Shown here piece after piece: positions 1 through 11,700 of a stretch of 64,000 nucleotides of DNA (position 1 is its first letter; every line of letters starts with the position of its first letter). Made by a program: the position numbers and the translations under genes. Origin of the DNA: Promethearchaeota archaeon (GTDB lineage: Archaea; Asgardarchaeota; Lokiarchaeia; Sigyniarchaeales; SOKP01); NCBI GenBank assembly GCA_048937405.1, contig JBHLNF010000004.1, positions 160,001-224,000 of the forward strand, written 5' to 3'. The notes beneath the pieces were generated by a model. That model was not told where the DNA came from. It did not search any database and worked only from the letters and a program-made list of their open reading frames with translations.

Positions 1-399
1 AAGCCTAAAACATTGTTTTTAAGTTATAAAACAACTGATTCAGAATTCTTTAATATTCCAGAAATTTCAAAACGCCTTGAAGCATATCCAGAAATAGATA
101 AAGTACTTTATTGGGAGACATATAGTAAAGAAAATATTGTCGAATATATGGAGAAGGCTTTAAATATTTCTGACGTATTTATCCTTTTTTGTACTAAAAG
201 TTCTCTAGAATCAGATGCAGTACGAGATGAATGGCAAGCCGCGTTTCAAAGAAGAAAAAAGGGATTATTGAAATTTATCCCCGTTTATGAAATAGAAGAG
301 GATATCCCATCAATTTTGGGGCATTTATTAAATGTTAAATTCGATAAAAAGAATTTTGATAAATTCATTGAGGATCTTTTCCGAGAAATTATTAGATAA
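1..399 (+). CDS. TIR domain-containing protein (5'-truncated by window edge)
   Basis: Frame is open from base 1; FLSY start, 'SDVFILFCTKSSLESDAVRDEW' (conserved Glu) and 'FIPVY' match a TIR_2 pattern. Confidence 0.8.
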   Translation, partial: KPKTLFLSYKTTDSEFFNIPEISKRLEAYPEIDKVLYWETYSKENIVEYMEKALNISDVFILFCTKSSLESDAVRDEWQAAFQRRKKGLLKFIPVYEIEEDIPSILGHLLNVKFDKKNFDKFIEDLFREIIR

Positions 400-726
400 T
401 ATCTCCCAATTTGAATTTTAATAAATAATAAAGGAAAAAGATGCGATTAATTTAATACTAAAAAAAATTGTTTTTTAATCAACTCTAGCAGATATTTTTC
501 TTGAATTTTTTTTATCATCTTACATCCCTTCCCTCTGGTATGTCATGTTAAAATTGTTTTTAGAATTTAAAGATGAAATTTTATCATAATAAAACTTAGT
601 CATTGTTATTCTTAGAATATAATATGAATTAACCTAATTAAATTTCTATGCACAACATAAGTGAATTTTTTTGTTAAATAGAGATAAATAATTTGAGTTA
701 ATAATTAAATCGAAACTCCAAAAATT

Positions 727-775
727 GAGTTCATAGTTCAATCATACTTCGAACTCCATTTGAACTATATGGAAC
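727..775. promoter_or_regulatory. Imperfect inverted repeat, possible operator upstream of the small ORF/MFS unit
   Basis: ATAGTTCAA (733-741) and TTGAACTAT (760-768), plus GAGTTC/GAACTC. Confidence 0.3.
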
Positions 776-852
776 AAAACTATAATTAAACTGAATTCTT
801 CATTTAAAATAAGAAAAAAAAAGTTGAATAAAAAAATTGGTGTGAAAAAAAT

Positions 853-1101
853 ATGGCTCAAGTAAAAAGAAATAAGGATATAAGAAAAAATTGTGTTGAT
901 GTTGAAAGAGTTATTATAGAGTGTTTAGAATGTTCCAAGAGAGAAGATATCATAGAGATTATGGAACCTAGTCAATCTAACAAACTGAACAAAAAGCTGT
1001 TAAAATCTTATTCAAAGCATAATGCAAAATTCCATCAAGAATTAATTCCCATTGAACAGATTAAATATAAATTTATTTACAGGAACTTTCCAATTTATTA
1101 A
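853..1101 (+). CDS. Small hypothetical protein with CxxC
   Basis: 82 aa ORF with ATG after a GGTGTGA SD-like sequence; 34 nt upstream of the MFS gene. Confidence 0.55.
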   Translation: MAQVKRNKDIRKNCVDVERVIIECLECSKREDIIEIMEPSQSNKLNKKLLKSYSKHNAKFHQELIPIEQIKYKFIYRNFPIY

Positions 1102-1135
1102 ATAGTTGAACTTAAAGAAAGCTTGTTAATATAGG

Positions 1136-2473
1136 TTGAAAAAGATGGAATATAGTCCAACAAAAAAAAATTTTAGACATTATATGTATTTTTTATTTGG
1201 ACAAAATTTTTCAATGTTAGGTTCATTGATAGTTAGTTTTACAATTACCTGGTGGCTTACGATTGAGACAGGAAGTGCAATTATACTTTCAATATCAACT
1301 TTTCTTATGTTTATACCACAAATAGTTGTAACACCTTTCTCTGGAGTAATTACAGATAGGTGGAATAAGAAGGCTATTATTGCTATATCTGATTCATTTC
1401 AGGCATTTGTTACTTTTATTTTATTTCTATTTTTTTTGGTCGATTTTCAAGCCGTTTGGCTTATTTTAGCAATTAATACATTTAGAGCAGCCTTATTTGC
1501 ATTTCAATTACCTGCAGTTCAATCTCTTATCCCAACTATGGTCCCAAAAAAAAATTTAAGTAGAATTAATGGGTTTAATTTCTTTTTTTCAGGATTAATT
1601 TATAGTATAGGCCCAATTATTGCAGCAACATTATTAGAATTTTTTCCAGTAAATCAAATCTTTCTAATTGATATTATAACATTTATAATTTCTCTCGTTC
1701 CATTGGTGCTTATTAAGATACCACAAATACATCATGAAACAGAAGAAGCATTAGAAAAGTCAATGATTAAAGATTTCAAAACTGGTTTAATGACGATTAA
1801 AATGGTTCCCGGATTATTTGCTATGATAGCGTTTGCCATGATATGGAATTTTATAAGTAGACCTTGGACAGTGTTATTGCCTTATTTTGTTAAATATACT
1901 CATGATGGTACTGCTCTGAACTTAGCATTATTAATGACAATATCTCAAGTTGGAAATATTCTTGGATCTCTGATTTGTTTAATCAAGAAGAACTGGAAAC
2001 ATAAAATTAAGATAAATATAATTGGGGGTGTGATGTTTTTCTTATGTATGATTCCAGCGATTTTAGCACCTAAAGGGAATTTTTTACTTATGATGATCGT
2101 TTTATTTCCTGCATGGGTAATATTACCTATCACGATTTCCACATATTTAGCAATTTTGCAGACCGTTGTTTCCAAAGATAAAATTGGTCGAATAATGTCA
2201 ATTGATCATATGATTTCGATGGCAATTGCTCCTATAGGAGCACTTATTGCAGGCCCTTTAGCAGAAATATTCGGAATAGTGCACTTATTTATGACTTTTG
2301 CTATTTTAGGATTAATTCATCCTTTCTTTATTTGGTTTTTCACAAAGATTAGGCAACTTGAGATTATTGAGCAAGATATACTCTTAGAACAAAAAAAAGT
2401 TGAAGAAGTTCAAGAAGTAATAAAAATTGAAGAAAGTGCAAATATTCGTGAAGTTATTGAACCCATAGAATAA
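1136..2473 (+). CDS. MFS transporter (DHA3/MefA-like)
   Basis: About 12 hydrophobic segments; 'GQNFSMLGS' and motif A-like 'GVITDRWNKK'. Confidence 0.9.
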   Translation: MKKMEYSPTKKNFRHYMYFLFGQNFSMLGSLIVSFTITWWLTIETGSAIILSISTFLMFIPQIVVTPFSGVITDRWNKKAIIAISDSFQAFVTFILFLFFLVDFQAVWLILAINTFRAALFAFQLPAVQSLIPTMVPKKNLSRINGFNFFFSGLIYSIGPIIAATLLEFFPVNQIFLIDIITFIISLVPLVLIKIPQIHHETEEALEKSMIKDFKTGLMTIKMVPGLFAMIAFAMIWNFISRPWTVLLPYFVKYTHDGTALNLALLMTISQVGNILGSLICLIKKNWKHKIKINIIGGVMFFLCMIPAILAPKGNFLLMMIVLFPAWVILPITISTYLAILQTVVSKDKIGRIMSIDHMISMAIAPIGALIAGPLAEIFGIVHLFMTFAILGLIHPFFIWFFTKIRQLEIIEQDILLEQKKVEEVQEVIKIEESANIREVIEPIE

Positions 2474-2573
2474 TGCTTATTCTTTTCCATTTCCTTTTTT
2501 TTTTAAATTGATACTAGAAAGATGGTATTAGAATAGATATTATCATTATAAAAAAAATTAATAAATTTTGATT

Positions 2574-3338
2574 TTAATTTATTGAATTAAAATACATTTG
2601 CGTTAGGTTATAGAAAGCATCATCAACTTTTTCACCTGTTTTAGCAGAGGTTAAAAAATAGTCTAAATGTAATCTTTCAGCTTCAGATTTAATATCGTCT
2701 TCACTTACTAATACTTCCTCGGTTAAATCCGACTTATTTCCTATGAGAATGAATGGTATATCATGTGATATTGTACTTAAAGTTTCACTAATCCATTTTT
2801 CAACATTTTTCAATGATTGTTTTCGAGTTCTATCTATTAACACCATTCCTAATTGAGCACCTTGATAAAATTGATTCTTAAAAGGTGCCATTTGAATAAC
2901 TTGTCCCCCAGTATCCCAAATTACTAGTGTTATATCGGATTCATCAATTATTATATGCTTTTTTGAAACTTTTAAATGAAGGGTTGGTAAATAGCTCTCA
3001 TCAAAAGAATTTTCTATAAATTGTTGTGTAATAGCTGTTTTCCCTACTTTATAATCTCCAATAACAATTACTTTTAGTGCATATTTTCCTTTAGGAATTT
3101 TTTTCTTAATATTTAGTTCATAATCGACCTTTTGATAGCCTCGTACAATAAAATTCTTATCCACAAATGCTTGGAAATGATGTTCGCATATTTGATCTTT
3201 TTGTATTGATATTGTTGATAAACCCTTTGCTTTATTGATTATTGATGTAGAGATCTTAATTTCTTTTGTAGCTTTACATGTTGGACATGTCAATTTTATT
3301 AATTTTTCATTAAAGTTATCATTTTCCTTATCTGAAAT
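2574..3338 (-). CDS. Rab-like small GTPase with N-terminal CPxC...CxH zinc-binding domain
   Basis: GDYKVGKT, WDTGGQ, GNKSD, SAK motifs; frame is open upstream of the TTG at 3293 to an ATT at 3338 preceded by GGAGGCGA. Confidence 0.9.
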   Translation of the reverse strand: MSDKENDNFNEKLIKLTCPTCKATKEIKISTSIINKAKGLSTISIQKDQICEHHFQAFVDKNFIVRGYQKVDYELNIKKKIPKGKYALKVIVIGDYKVGKTAITQQFIENSFDESYLPTLHLKVSKKHIIIDESDITLVIWDTGGQVIQMAPFKNQFYQGAQLGMVLIDRTRKQSLKNVEKWISETLSTISHDIPFILIGNKSDLTEEVLVSEDDIKSEAERLHLDYFLTSAKTGEKVDDAFYNLTQMYFNSIN

Positions 3339-3718
3339 AAGATATTTTCGCCTCCTTTAATTATCCAAAAATATTGAAATAGCATTTAAAAATGATTTTA
3401 AAATTCCAAATGCATTTTAGCGATTTTAGATTTTTGTATAATTTATAAAACAATTGATATTTAAAATTTCCATTTTCGAAATTTCTTATCTACATTAAAA
3501 CAATTTTTTAGCAAAGTAAAGAAAAAAAATCTAATTTAATAGTTCAAATCATAAAATGAAATAAAATTATAGAAATAACCTAAAGAAAGTAGTGAATTTT
3601 TTTGCACTATAATCACGTTTAAATAGCCCATTGAATACTTTATACTTAAGAAGTTGTGAAAAAAAAATTCACAAAAAGATAAATAAATCAAAATTAATAT
3701 AGAACTCGTGAAAATTGA

Positions 3719-4126
3719 ATGCAAGAAGTAGATGAGAATTTGGAAAAATTAAGAATGAAAAAAGCGGAAGCTTTACTAAAACACCAATCGATGCCAACAA
3801 ATATTATCGAGATAAAATCTGTTGACGAATTTAATTCTCTTATGAAAAATTATCCAGATAAAACAATTATTGTGGACTTTTGGGCAGTATGGTGTGGACC
3901 ATGCATGTTCTTCGCCCCAATATTCAAAAAACTTCAGGAAGAATATCACAAAGATTTTATCTTTGTTAAAGTGAATGTTGATGAAATACCTCCATTAGCG
4001 ATGAAGTATCAAATCACAGGTATTCCTACTACATTATTACTTAAAAATAATGAAATTGTGAATAAGATTGTTGGTTCTATGAATTATGATGGGATGAAAA
4101 AAGTATTAGATAAACTAAAACAATAA
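3719..4126 (+). CDS. trxA: Thioredoxin
   Basis: VDFWAVWCGPC active site and GIPT cis-Pro motif. Confidence 0.95.
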   Translation: MQEVDENLEKLRMKKAEALLKHQSMPTNIIEIKSVDEFNSLMKNYPDKTIIVDFWAVWCGPCMFFAPIFKKLQEEYHKDFIFVKVNVDEIPPLAMKYQITGIPTTLLLKNNEIVNKIVGSMNYDGMKKVLDKLKQ

Positions 4127-4185
4127 AATAGTCTAATTTTTTTTTTTCTTCATTTTTTTTATTTAGTTTTTTAGGGTGATAAAAA

Positions 4186-4650
4186 TTGGGAATAATAGAT
4201 AAGCAATTAAAAGAATTTGAAGATATTGATAAATTATTAAGTGAAAAAGGAACTTTTTCAAGTGAACAATTATTTAAATGTATTTTAGGATTAAATAAAA
4301 CAGAGTCTAAAGTACTTGGATATATGCTTAATAATAGGGACATAAGAATATCTGAAATTGCTAAAGTTTTAGAAATGGATAGAACTTCTATTCAAAAGGC
4401 AGTTCATAATTTAATTAAATTGAAATTTATTGAACGCAAATCAATATCAATGAAGGATTTTACTAGAGAGAACGGACTTAAAAATGTGAAAAAGCAAGGG
4501 TATCTTTATGTTTATAATGCGAACAATATAGAGTCAATAAAGAAACAATTCAAAAAATTATTGGACAAATGGTATAATTCTATGTTAAAGTACATTGAAA
4601 ATCTTGAAAATCTCTGTGAATGTTGCGGTTTTAAATTTCTCCCCTGTTAG
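4186..4650 (+). CDS. TrmB/MarR-like winged-HTH transcription regulator
   Basis: 'CILGLNKTESKVL...ISEIAKVLEMDRTSIQKAVHNL...GYLYVY'; C-terminal CECC. Confidence 0.8.
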   Translation: MGIIDKQLKEFEDIDKLLSEKGTFSSEQLFKCILGLNKTESKVLGYMLNNRDIRISEIAKVLEMDRTSIQKAVHNLIKLKFIERKSISMKDFTRENGLKNVKKQGYLYVYNANNIESIKKQFKKLLDKWYNSMLKYIENLENLCECCGFKFLPC

Positions 4651-4878
4651 ATTTTAACAAAAGGATGAAAAACTATTATATACGAATATATAGTTTTTAT
4701 AATTTTCTATATAAAATTAATTATTTTAATGACATTACATCAACACGAACAGATCTTTTCTTACTTAAAATTTTAATATTTAAATTTTTATTATATTACT
4801 TGAGTAAGGGATATTTATTTTAAATTTAAGGTATCAGGAAAAAAAAAACCAAATAATAAATTTCGAGAACAGAGACAA

Positions 4879-5592
4879 ATGAATACTATACTTGAATTAA
4901 AAAGAATTTATCATTATTATGGGAGTGCTAGAGTACTAGCAGAGCTTAATTTTAGAGTCGAGGAAAAAACATTATCTGCAATTATAGGACCAAATGGGGC
5001 TGGAAAATCAACAATCCTTAGATTGATATCAGGTTTAGAAAAACCTGGTAGAGGAACAATAGAATTTTTTGGGGAAAGAATCGATGGTATGAAAGCTCAC
5101 AAAATCGCAAAAAAAGGAATATCTCAAAGCCCAGATCGCCGTAAACTATTTTATGGTTTGAGTGTTTCGGATAATATCAGAATGGGTGCATATCGAATAA
5201 ATAATAAGGAAAAATATAAAGAATTGAAGGCATTTGTCTATGAAATATTCCCTCGATTAAGAGAGAGACGAAAACAACGAGCAGGAACATTGAGTGGTGG
5301 TGAACAGCAAATGGTTGCAATAGCACGAGCACTAATGGCAGATCCAAAACTACTTTTACTAGATGAACCTTCAGTAGGATTAGCTCCAAAAGTTAAAAAA
5401 ACCATATTTAAGGCAATTGAAAAAATAAGAGAAGCAGGAACCACAACAGTATTAGTCGAACAAGACAGAGCATTAGCAATGCAAGTTTCAGATATTATTC
5501 ATATACTTGAAGATGGAAGAATTGATTTGAAAGGAACCAGTGAAGAATTAAGAAGAGAACCTCGAGTAAAAAAAATATATTTGGGAATTTAA
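4879..5592 (+). CDS. livF: ABC transporter ATP-binding subunit, LivF-like
   Basis: GPNGAGKS, LSGGEQQM, LLLLDEPSVGLAP. Confidence 0.9.
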   Translation: MNTILELKRIYHYYGSARVLAELNFRVEEKTLSAIIGPNGAGKSTILRLISGLEKPGRGTIEFFGERIDGMKAHKIAKKGISQSPDRRKLFYGLSVSDNIRMGAYRINNKEKYKELKAFVYEIFPRLRERRKQRAGTLSGGEQQMVAIARALMADPKLLLLDEPSVGLAPKVKKTIFKAIEKIREAGTTTVLVEQDRALAMQVSDIIHILEDGRIDLKGTSEELRREPRVKKIYLGI

Positions 5593-5700
5593 ATATCTTA
5601 AAATATCTTCTCCTTTTGAATCTTAAAAATATATTTTAAATTCTTATTTAACATATAAATTCAATATTTTAAACTAAAATAATATAGAAAAGAGAATTAA

Positions 5701-7614
5701 TTAAATATTTAACTTACTTCTCCAAAAACTAATCTTTTTTTTCAATTCTTCTTGTTCAGCGTTAGTTAATAGATTTCTGTTATTTTTAAGAGGTGAAATA
5801 CCCATTCGGATTTGTCTTAATACTCCACTGAATCCCTTTTTTTCAAGGATATCATCTTGTAGTTTTTCTAACAGTAATCCTATATTTTCACCAGAAAAAG
5901 TATCAATTTTACTTAAAATATTATTAAATTGAGTTGATAAATAAGCATCTGAAGGCATCGTAGATTCCATTACAGGTTCAACTGGCGGAGGTGATACTGA
6001 TTTAATATCAACCCCAGGAAGTATCTCTGAAGTTGGAACTGATCCAGACGTTATATCTTTAGATAACTCGGGTTCTGAAGGCATAATTTGTTCTTTAGGT
6101 TGAGCTGGTAAAGGACTCACTTTAGGGGGTTTTTTAACAGTTCCTATATGTTCTACTTGATCCATTTTTTTACTTTGAATCCATACATCTTCTAATACAC
6201 CCGCAAACAATTTTACATGTTCTTCTATTACTGAACCCATTCCAGCAATTTCAATGTTTCCATCAGCTGATTTTGACACAACACACACAATAACTTCTTC
6301 AAAATCTTTATTTATTGACCACATATTTTCTACAGGATAATGTCTAATTGTTATATTTGGATAGCCTGCTATTTGATTGAGGCTTTTTTGATCATCAGGA
6401 TTATTCAATTCGAAATTTGTAGAAATTCTAATATTAATATGTTTTTTTAATCTTGTTATTGGAATGAGGTCAATATTTTCTAATTTAGGTGCTATAATAT
6501 GAACTCGCATTTTTACTCGAGATAATATCTCATTAATTTGAGCTATAATTCCTTCAACTGATCTAACAAACCATACATCCTTAAAGCTTAGCATAGAAGC
6601 TTTTTTCGAACGATCCCAAAATTCATTCATCGTTAGTTCAGCGCTTTCCAGTTGTTGAATAATGTTATGAATAATGTCGTCTTGCAATGTTTCAAATATT
6701 TCTTTTCGGAATAAGCCCTTTAATTCATTTATTCCGGTTATAATATCATCATAAACACCTGTGACTCTTTCTTCTAAATCCTCTAAAGTAGTTATAATTC
6801 CATTTTCTATGTCTGCTACAATAGAACCTAAATCAGTACTTACTTCACCAGCTGTATCGGAAATACTACCTAATTGATTTATAACTTGATCTAGCATATT
6901 TTGAGTCGTTTGTACAAACTTATTTTTAAAGGTTTTAGTTATTTGTTCAAATTGCTCTGAAATCACCTTAGATACAATTTTTTCAGCCATATTACTTAAA
7001 GCTCCAATTCTAAATTGTTTTTCGAATCTTGTTGCTATCTCTGATTTTACAGTTTGTAAGCTTTCTTCCATAGATTCAAATTCTTTAGTGATATCAGAAG
7101 GGACAATTTCTTTTAAGTTAAAAATAAATTTTTTAACATCTTGAAATCTTTTAACTTGATCAAGTTCTTTATCAAACCGCTCAAACTGAGTTTTAATTTG
7201 AGCTGGTAATTTAGTCCTCATGACTTGTAAATAAGTCTTATAGTCATCTAATTTTCGAAGCTTATCAGAGTGCTGCTCTAATGAATCGAACTTATTTTGA
7301 ATGTTTTGCGGAGCAGTTTGCTCAAAACTCTGAATTATCTCTTTAAACTGATGGATTTGGCGGACCAATGCAGCATATGGTGGTAATGCCTCATATATTG
7401 GATTCTTTCCAGGAATTTGTTTAAGTAGACCTTTTTCAAATAAATTGTTAGCTATTTCAGCAGCTCTTTCTTCTGAAAGATCAGAAATTAAAGCAATCTC
7501 CCCAATCATTACAGGCCCTCTTCCTGTGATTTTATAATAAGTATTTACTTCATCCTGAACTAATCCAATAAGTTCTAAAGCTTGTTTAGTCGCAGAATCT
7601 TCTTCTTCTGACAT
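5701..7614 (-). CDS. TrmB-like HTH protein with long helical/coiled-coil middle and TrmB/PLD-like C-terminal region
   Basis: N-terminal 'LIGLVQDEVNTY...IGEIALISDLS...LFEKGLL...YEALPP'; probable start MSEEED at 7614 avoids overlap with the upstream gene. Confidence 0.65.
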   Translation of the reverse strand: MSEEEDSATKQALELIGLVQDEVNTYYKITGRGPVMIGEIALISDLSEERAAEIANNLFEKGLLKQIPGKNPIYEALPPYAALVRQIHQFKEIIQSFEQTAPQNIQNKFDSLEQHSDKLRKLDDYKTYLQVMRTKLPAQIKTQFERFDKELDQVKRFQDVKKFIFNLKEIVPSDITKEFESMEESLQTVKSEIATRFEKQFRIGALSNMAEKIVSKVISEQFEQITKTFKNKFVQTTQNMLDQVINQLGSISDTAGEVSTDLGSIVADIENGIITTLEDLEERVTGVYDDIITGINELKGLFRKEIFETLQDDIIHNIIQQLESAELTMNEFWDRSKKASMLSFKDVWFVRSVEGIIAQINEILSRVKMRVHIIAPKLENIDLIPITRLKKHINIRISTNFELNNPDDQKSLNQIAGYPNITIRHYPVENMWSINKDFEEVIVCVVSKSADGNIEIAGMGSVIEEHVKLFAGVLEDVWIQSKKMDQVEHIGTVKKPPKVSPLPAQPKEQIMPSEPELSKDITSGSVPTSEILPGVDIKSVSPPPVEPVMESTMPSDAYLSTQFNNILSKIDTFSGENIGLLLEKLQDDILEKKGFSGVLRQIRMGISPLKNNRNLLTNAEQEELKKKISFWRSKLNI

Positions 7615-7633
7615 ACTATATATATCCTCATTC

Positions 7634-8761
7634 TTATTTTTTATATGCTTTTTCAAGGAATTCTAAATGAGAAATAGCTACATTTTTATCTATTGTTCCT
7701 TCTATACGTTTCTTTCGTATGTTTTCAATCATATATTCTGGATAAAATGTATGAACTACAATATCAGTTAGTAAGAATACCCATAAAGTATCCTTATTAT
7801 CACTTATTAATGTAATAATCTTATCTTTTTCTAGATCTTTTAAAAAACTCCCTATTTCATCTATTGATTGCCCAGGAGCTTTTGGAATCTTATTAAGAGG
7901 ATATGCTCTTTCTCTAAATAATGTGATAAAATCATAATTATCTGGATTCATGATAATTTGAGCAATTTTTAGATTATCTTCTGGAGTTGGTTTATAATCC
8001 TTAAAATAGTTTTTGACTTCATCAAGATATTTATACGCGAGTTCTGAAGTAGGAATATTTTTCTTTGCATCCTCAACTAATTTTATAGAAGGTGTTCTAA
8101 AAATTGTAAAATCAGAAAGAAGAAAAAGAGTTATATCAGTATTACCCTCAACCCAATCCTGAGTAATTAAGCCTGTTTTAACAAAAGGATCCAAAATAAA
8201 TTCAATATTGGTTACAATTTTATTTAGTTTATCTTCTATAGCTCCTTGTAGTTCTCTTCTAGATAATGGTCGTTCTTGTAAAGCTTCTAAAATAGTCCGA
8301 GCTTTTTCACTAGTATATATTTGTGCTAATCTCTGTTCTTTTGATAAATTTTTCAATCGATCTAATAATACTAATGTATTTTTAAGGTAAAGCCTTATCT
8401 TTTTTACAATCTCATAACTTTGCGATATATTGGTACTCAATTGCCTTAAGTAATTTAAGATATCGTTATTAATCTCCTTTATTACAGTTTCACCAAACAT
8501 CTCTGGATCCTCACCTAAGTCTAACATTAAATTTATCATTACGGGCATATCAGAGTCTAATCCTGTAAAATAACTTGAAACATTTGAGCGAGACTTTTCT
8601 AATCGGACTAATACATTCCCTGCGGCTCCCGCACCTGTAATGTGAGCATAGAAGATCCGCATCATATCATCTAAATCAATATTAAGATTTTCTGGATGAC
8701 TTAATTTAACTATTAATCCTTGATCCTCAGTCCATTCAGTTATAATAAATCCATGAGGCAC
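7634..8761 (-). CDS. Hypothetical protein with longin/uDENN-like N-terminus and winged-helix region
   Basis: 'GFIITEWTEDQGLIVKLSHP' N-terminal pattern; 'ARTILEALQERPLSRRELQ' wHTH-like; abuts the upstream gene. Confidence 0.55.
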   Translation of the reverse strand: MPHGFIITEWTEDQGLIVKLSHPENLNIDLDDMMRIFYAHITGAGAAGNVLVRLEKSRSNVSSYFTGLDSDMPVMINLMLDLGEDPEMFGETVIKEINNDILNYLRQLSTNISQSYEIVKKIRLYLKNTLVLLDRLKNLSKEQRLAQIYTSEKARTILEALQERPLSRRELQGAIEDKLNKIVTNIEFILDPFVKTGLITQDWVEGNTDITLFLLSDFTIFRTPSIKLVEDAKKNIPTSELAYKYLDEVKNYFKDYKPTPEDNLKIAQIIMNPDNYDFITLFRERAYPLNKIPKAPGQSIDEIGSFLKDLEKDKIITLISDNKDTLWVFLLTDIVVHTFYPEYMIENIRKKRIEGTIDKNVAISHLEFLEKAYKK

Positions 8762-11700
8762 TTAATTTTCACCTCCGTCCTTCGTTATTACTTTTTCAAT
8801 CTTATCCACTTGTTCAGGTTGAATCATTTCATATTCTACAGTTTTTATTTGTTTCTGAATCTCTTTACTGATAATCTCATCCCTTTTGTCTACTATTATA
8901 GGTTTAATCCGTTTTGATTTTTTTACTTTTTTCTTTAATTTTCTAATTTTTCTAACCATTGGAGGATATTTAAAATGTGTTTGATAGAGTGTAAAAAGCA
9001 CTACCAAACTGCCAATGGCTCCTATTAATGTATATACTAGCCAAGTTAAATCAGGACCAGGTTCAGTTGTAGGTTTAGTCACAATTAAAGTGATTTCCTT
9101 GGTTTCAAAATCATATTTTTCAATTCCAAAAGCAGTTATTATAATAGAATAAGTACCTTCAGGAACATTTTCTAAAATTCCTATATACGTACCATTATTG
9201 TAAAGATCAACTAGTTCTCCTTGACCAAATGCCCATTTATAAGTAACTGTTGTATTTAATATAGTACCTCCAAAGTCAATATCGATTAAAGTTATTTCTA
9301 ATATAGCATCATCTCCAGGTTTAGCACTTATTTGTGAAGTTACATTGATTAATGTGTGTATTTTGTTAATGGTAATAATTGGTTTTATTGTTTGAATTTT
9401 GAAATTAATGGAACGAGCTATAATTGAAAACAAATTTACCCCAAATTTTAACTCTGTGGTATCAATTTCGATATAATGTTGATGCAAAACATCATCTCTA
9501 GTTAAATTTACTGATATATCATCCCCTAATAATTGTACTACTGCATTTGGAACATATAATTCTGCTTGTGTCAAATATTTTACTGTTATATTTAATTTCT
9601 CACCTATTGTAAGATTAAAAACAGGATCAAGGGTTTTTTCTTCACTATTTAAAAACAATTGTAAGATAGTGTTTCTTTCAGTTACTTCAATAAAAAATTG
9701 AATTGATTTGGGTTGATAATTAGCTTTTTGCGCAAAAATGGTTAAACTAGAAATTCCTTGATTTAAATCTAATGCATCAATTGTTATGTTGTAATATTGA
9801 TTGTTTGTTTCATTAAGGGTATCCCAATTTATTAAACTGACTGTTGCATTAGGAAGGTGTACCTTGGTATTATTATCTCTGTAAAATATGGTGATATTAA
9901 TTTGATCATCAATCTCAACTTGTATTGTATCGCCATCACTCTTCAGATCACCATTTAAAAATAATAATAATTCTGTTTCTCTCTCAATTACTTCAATATA
10001 AAATCGAATTATTTGTGATTTATAATTATCTTTTTGAGCAAAAATGGTTAAAATAGTAATTGTTTGATCTAAATCTTTTGCATCAATTGTTATGTTGTAA
10101 TATTTATTGTTTGTTTCATTAAGGGTATCCCAATTTAGCAAATTGACTGTTGCATTAGGAAGATGTTGTTTTGTAATATTGTCTCTATAATAAACAGTAA
10201 TATTAATAGAATCAACAATTTCAACTTCTATTGAGTCTCCGTCGTTTTTCGGATCACCATTTAATAATAATAGTAATTCTGTTTCTCTGTCAAATATTTC
10301 AATGAAAAAGTTAATTGAATTAGTTGTATAATTTATCAACTGGGCAAATATAGTAAAAGGATTAATTCCTTGATCTAAGTCGTTAGTATTAATAGTTATG
10401 TTATAATATTGACCGTTCGTTTCATTTAATTGATCCCATCCCACTAAATCTACTGTTGCATCAGGAAGGTGTTGCTTTGTTTCATTATCTCGAAAATATA
10501 CTGTAACATTGACAGATTCATCAACCTGAGCATTGAATATTTCACCATCATCTGTTGGATTACCATTTAATAGTAATAATAGTTCTGTTTCTCTCTCAGT
10601 TACTTCAACAAAAAATTGAGTCTGATTAGTATCATAGAAAGTTTTTTGCGCCATTACAGATAAAACAGTTACACCAATTCCTAATTCATCTGTATTAATA
10701 GTAATATTATATTGTTCTAAAGAAGGATCTGGGTCAAATACACCACTCACTTTTCCTTCTAAATCAATATTTGCCGAAGGTATATAATCTCCTGTTAAAT
10801 TAGTATATTTTACTGTAATATTTAATTTTTCTCCTAAAGGTATACTAATAATGGGATCAGGATAATTAGACATATCCATACCATCTAAGAATAGTTTTAA
10901 CCTAGTCTCCATATTAGTTACATCCTCTATGTAAGTAATATTTAGATAAATATCATCTATTGAAAACTTTATAGTTCGGTTTAATCCAAAATTATCAGCT
11001 ATATAAAGTTCAATTGAAACATTAATATTCTCATCATTGTCAACTAAACGAATTAAACCTGTGACATCAAATCCATTATCAGATGCATTCTGAGGAGTGG
11101 TTTCTGCTGTCCATAATTTAACTGTTTCAGTGTGTTGAAATTCATTAATCCAAATTCTTATTTCTGAATTTGGGGATAACGATTTAGGGAAAGTATCATT
11201 CACTTGATATGTGAAATTAAGTTTTGCTTCGTTAATAACTAATGGATTAGTCGTAATATCACTAAATTTATCTCCTTTTTGATTCCAAGATACACTAGTA
11301 AGTTGATCTATTTTTTTCTCGTAAGTAAATGTTAAATTAATTGAATTAATAACTGCTCTGTCAAAATCATCATAATCAAAATCTGCGGCAATATTATCTT
11401 CACAGTTAAATCTAATACCAACAATTAATGTAAAATTTCTATAGTCTGTATCTAATACAGAAGATAGATAATAAATTAAATCTGCTTGGGAAACAGTAGA
11501 CATTAGCTGTTGAGCTAGAGTATCAGTACTTCCAGCATTTCCATAGCCTAAGGTATCTGATTGAGTGTATGCAATCTCATATGTTTTAGTTTTCTGGAGG
11601 TTTGAAATTGAGACGTAAAATCGAATATAATCTCCCACACTATAGGTATCAACAGCAGGACCACCACTTCTTGCAGTATTACTATCAATACCATCTCCAA

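Noticed and set aside
9380-10900. Possible CRISPR array or DGR template/variable repeat
   Set aside because: The repeats are about 303-nt in-frame protein repeats without spacers; no cas or reverse transcriptase gene is in the window
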